Positions 62,600-64,000 of a DNA stretch of 64,000 nucleotides are shown here, one piece after another (positions within the stretch are counted from its first letter, which is position 1; each line of letters starts with the position of its first letter). Under the pieces are notes generated by a model. The model did not search any database and was not told where the DNA came from. It was given only the letters and a program-made list of their open reading frames with translations. A program made the position numbers and the translations under genes. Where the stretch lies: the NCBI GenBank assembly GCA_963662275.1, contig OY759316.1, positions 3,136,001-3,200,000 on the forward strand. Direction: 5' to 3'. This DNA comes from Candidatus Cloacimonadales bacterium. GTDB lineage: Bacteria; Cloacimonadota; Cloacimonadia; Cloacimonadales; DAONDQ01.

Positions 62600-64000
62600 A
62601 TGCTGGATTATGACGTAAAATATCTCAAATATAAGACCTACTTAAATACTTACTGCCCTCACTGTAACAACAGTTTTAATGTAAAGATCAAAGGAAACGA
62701 TATTATCCTTTTTGAAGGTATTTTCAAAGGGCAGGAAATGACTTTGAAATTAAGTCCTTATCTTGATGTCTTTGAAGTGGAAACATCCATTCCTATAAAA
62801 CAGGGCGAAGTCCTTGATGACCTACGCTGTCCGCAATGTAAGACTAGTCTTTTATCAAAAGAAATATCCTGCGGGGAATGTAATTCGCCGGTTGCCAAAA
62901 TCATTATTACTGCTTATTCAAAACTAATACCCTTCTTTATTTGCTTGAAATATGGCTGTGAATGGCATGGTCTTACAAAAGCAGATGAAAGAAAAATCAA
63001 ACTTAAAATACCCAGGCAGGAAATGCCGGAACAGGATCAGAAACTCAGGGCTCATAACTTCCAGGAAGTACCCTATGGGCTGACAACAGAACTGGCTCAA
63101 TTGGAAGCAGGACGTTGTCTGCAATGCGCCACACCGAAATGTGTATTAGGTTGCCCTGTTGGAGTAGATATTCCTTCCTTTATCAAGCTGATTCGGCAGG
63201 ATGATTTTGATGGTGCGGCAAAGAAGATCAAGGAAACCAATATCCTTCCTTCCGTCTGTGGTAGAGTATGTCCACAGGAAGACCAGTGCGAAAAGCACTG
63301 TGTTCTGGGTATACGTGATGAACCGGTTGCCATTGGTAACCTGGAACGCTTTGTTGCTGATTTCGAAAGAAAAATGGATCTTGTGAAACCTCCTGTTGTG
63401 GCAACCCGCAGAAATAAGAAGGTTGCTGTTGTAGGTTCAGGACCTGGCGGTATTACGGTTGCAGGTGATTTGGCTCAACTTGGATATTCTGTGACCATGT
63501 ACGAAGCTCTTCACGAATCGGGAGGCGTACTTGTTTATGGTATTCCTGAATTCAGGCTGCCAAAATCTATTGTAGGATTTGAAATAGACTATCTGCGAAA
63601 ACTGGGTGTCAAGATAGAAGTGAACCAAGTGATCGGTACTCTCTACACTGTTGATGAATTACTGGAGAACTTTGATGCCGTATATCTTGGTGTTGGAGCA
63701 GGACTTCCTAAGTTTATGGGTATTGAAGGTGAAAACCTGTGTAATATCTTCTCTGCCAATGAATACCTGACTCGAATCAATTTAATGAAGGCATATAGAT
63801 TTCCAGAATATGATACACCACTACCCAAAGGTCAGCATGTCGTTGTTATCGGTGGTGGAAACGTAGCCATGGACTGTGCCCGGTGTGCATTGAGAACCAT
63901 CTCAGGGCAAGTGACCATCGTCTATCGCCGTTCACGTAAAGAACTACCTGCCAGACAAGCTGAAACACATCATGCAGAAGAGGAAGGAATCAAGTTCAAG
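62600..64000 (+). CDS. nfnB: NfnB-like (GltD-homologous) large subunit with a ~135-aa N-terminal Cys-rich extension; truncated by the window end
   Basis: Hand translation from ATG 62600: MLDYDVKY...; RCLQCATPKCVLGCP, CGRVCPQEDQCEKHC, VGSGPGG, GIPEFRLP, IGGGNVAMD, YRRS. Not in the supplied ORF track. Confidence 0.92.
   Translation, partial: MLDYDVKYLKYKTYLNTYCPHCNNSFNVKIKGNDIILFEGIFKGQEMTLKLSPYLDVFEVETSIPIKQGEVLDDLRCPQCKTSLLSKEISCGECNSPVAKIIITAYSKLIPFFICLKYGCEWHGLTKADERKIKLKIPRQEMPEQDQKLRAHNFQEVPYGLTTELAQLEAGRCLQCATPKCVLGCPVGVDIPSFIKLIRQDDFDGAAKKIKETNILPSVCGRVCPQEDQCEKHCVLGIRDEPVAIGNLERFVADFERKMDLVKPPVVATRRNKKVAVVGSGPGGITVAGDLAQLGYSVTMYEALHESGGVLVYGIPEFRLPKSIVGFEIDYLRKLGVKIEVNQVIGTLYTVDELLENFDAVYLGVGAGLPKFMGIEGENLCNIFSANEYLTRINLMKAYRFPEYDTPLPKGQHVVVIGGGNVAMDCARCALRTISGQVTIVYRRSRKELPARQAETHHAEEEGIKFK

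Noticed and set aside
62600..64000. Glutamate synthase small subunit (gltD)
   Set aside because: No gltB in the window, and adjacency to an NfnA-like gene favours NfnB.

Overview
AT-rich chromosomal segment from a diderm, probably anaerobic bacterium. The LpxC-FabZ fusion, split GcvPA/GcvPB, a FlgD-Ig/T9SS-like tail protein and a PEGA-FGE protein suggest an FCB-group organism such as Cloacimonadota; this is inference. Housekeeping blocks: skp-lpxD-lpxC/fabZ-lpxA, gcvPA-gcvPB, mutY, an ispA-to-moxR operon, gyrB-gyrA, rsmI, and a TonB receptor plus lipoprotein. Mobile and accessory content: two apparently identical IS4-family copies (one complete with a 12-bp target duplication, one nested in an IS1182 end), a complete IS1182, a Y1/HUH (IS200/RAYT-like) transposase with hairpin repeats, a type I R-M pair with frameshifted hsdM and no hsdR in the window, and many intergenic repeat families. 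The three strongest leads are: (1) an NfnAB-like operon in which one unnamed 8-Cys/1-His domain occurs twice in an upstream gene and once fused to the N-terminus of NfnB (this ORF is absent from the supplied track); (2) a membrane-anchored protein with a PARP-like H-Y-E ADP-ribosyltransferase signature; (3) a 3-copy MITE or structured-RNA element with compensatory base changes. No rRNA, tRNA or CRISPR array was seen. All comparisons were made by eye.
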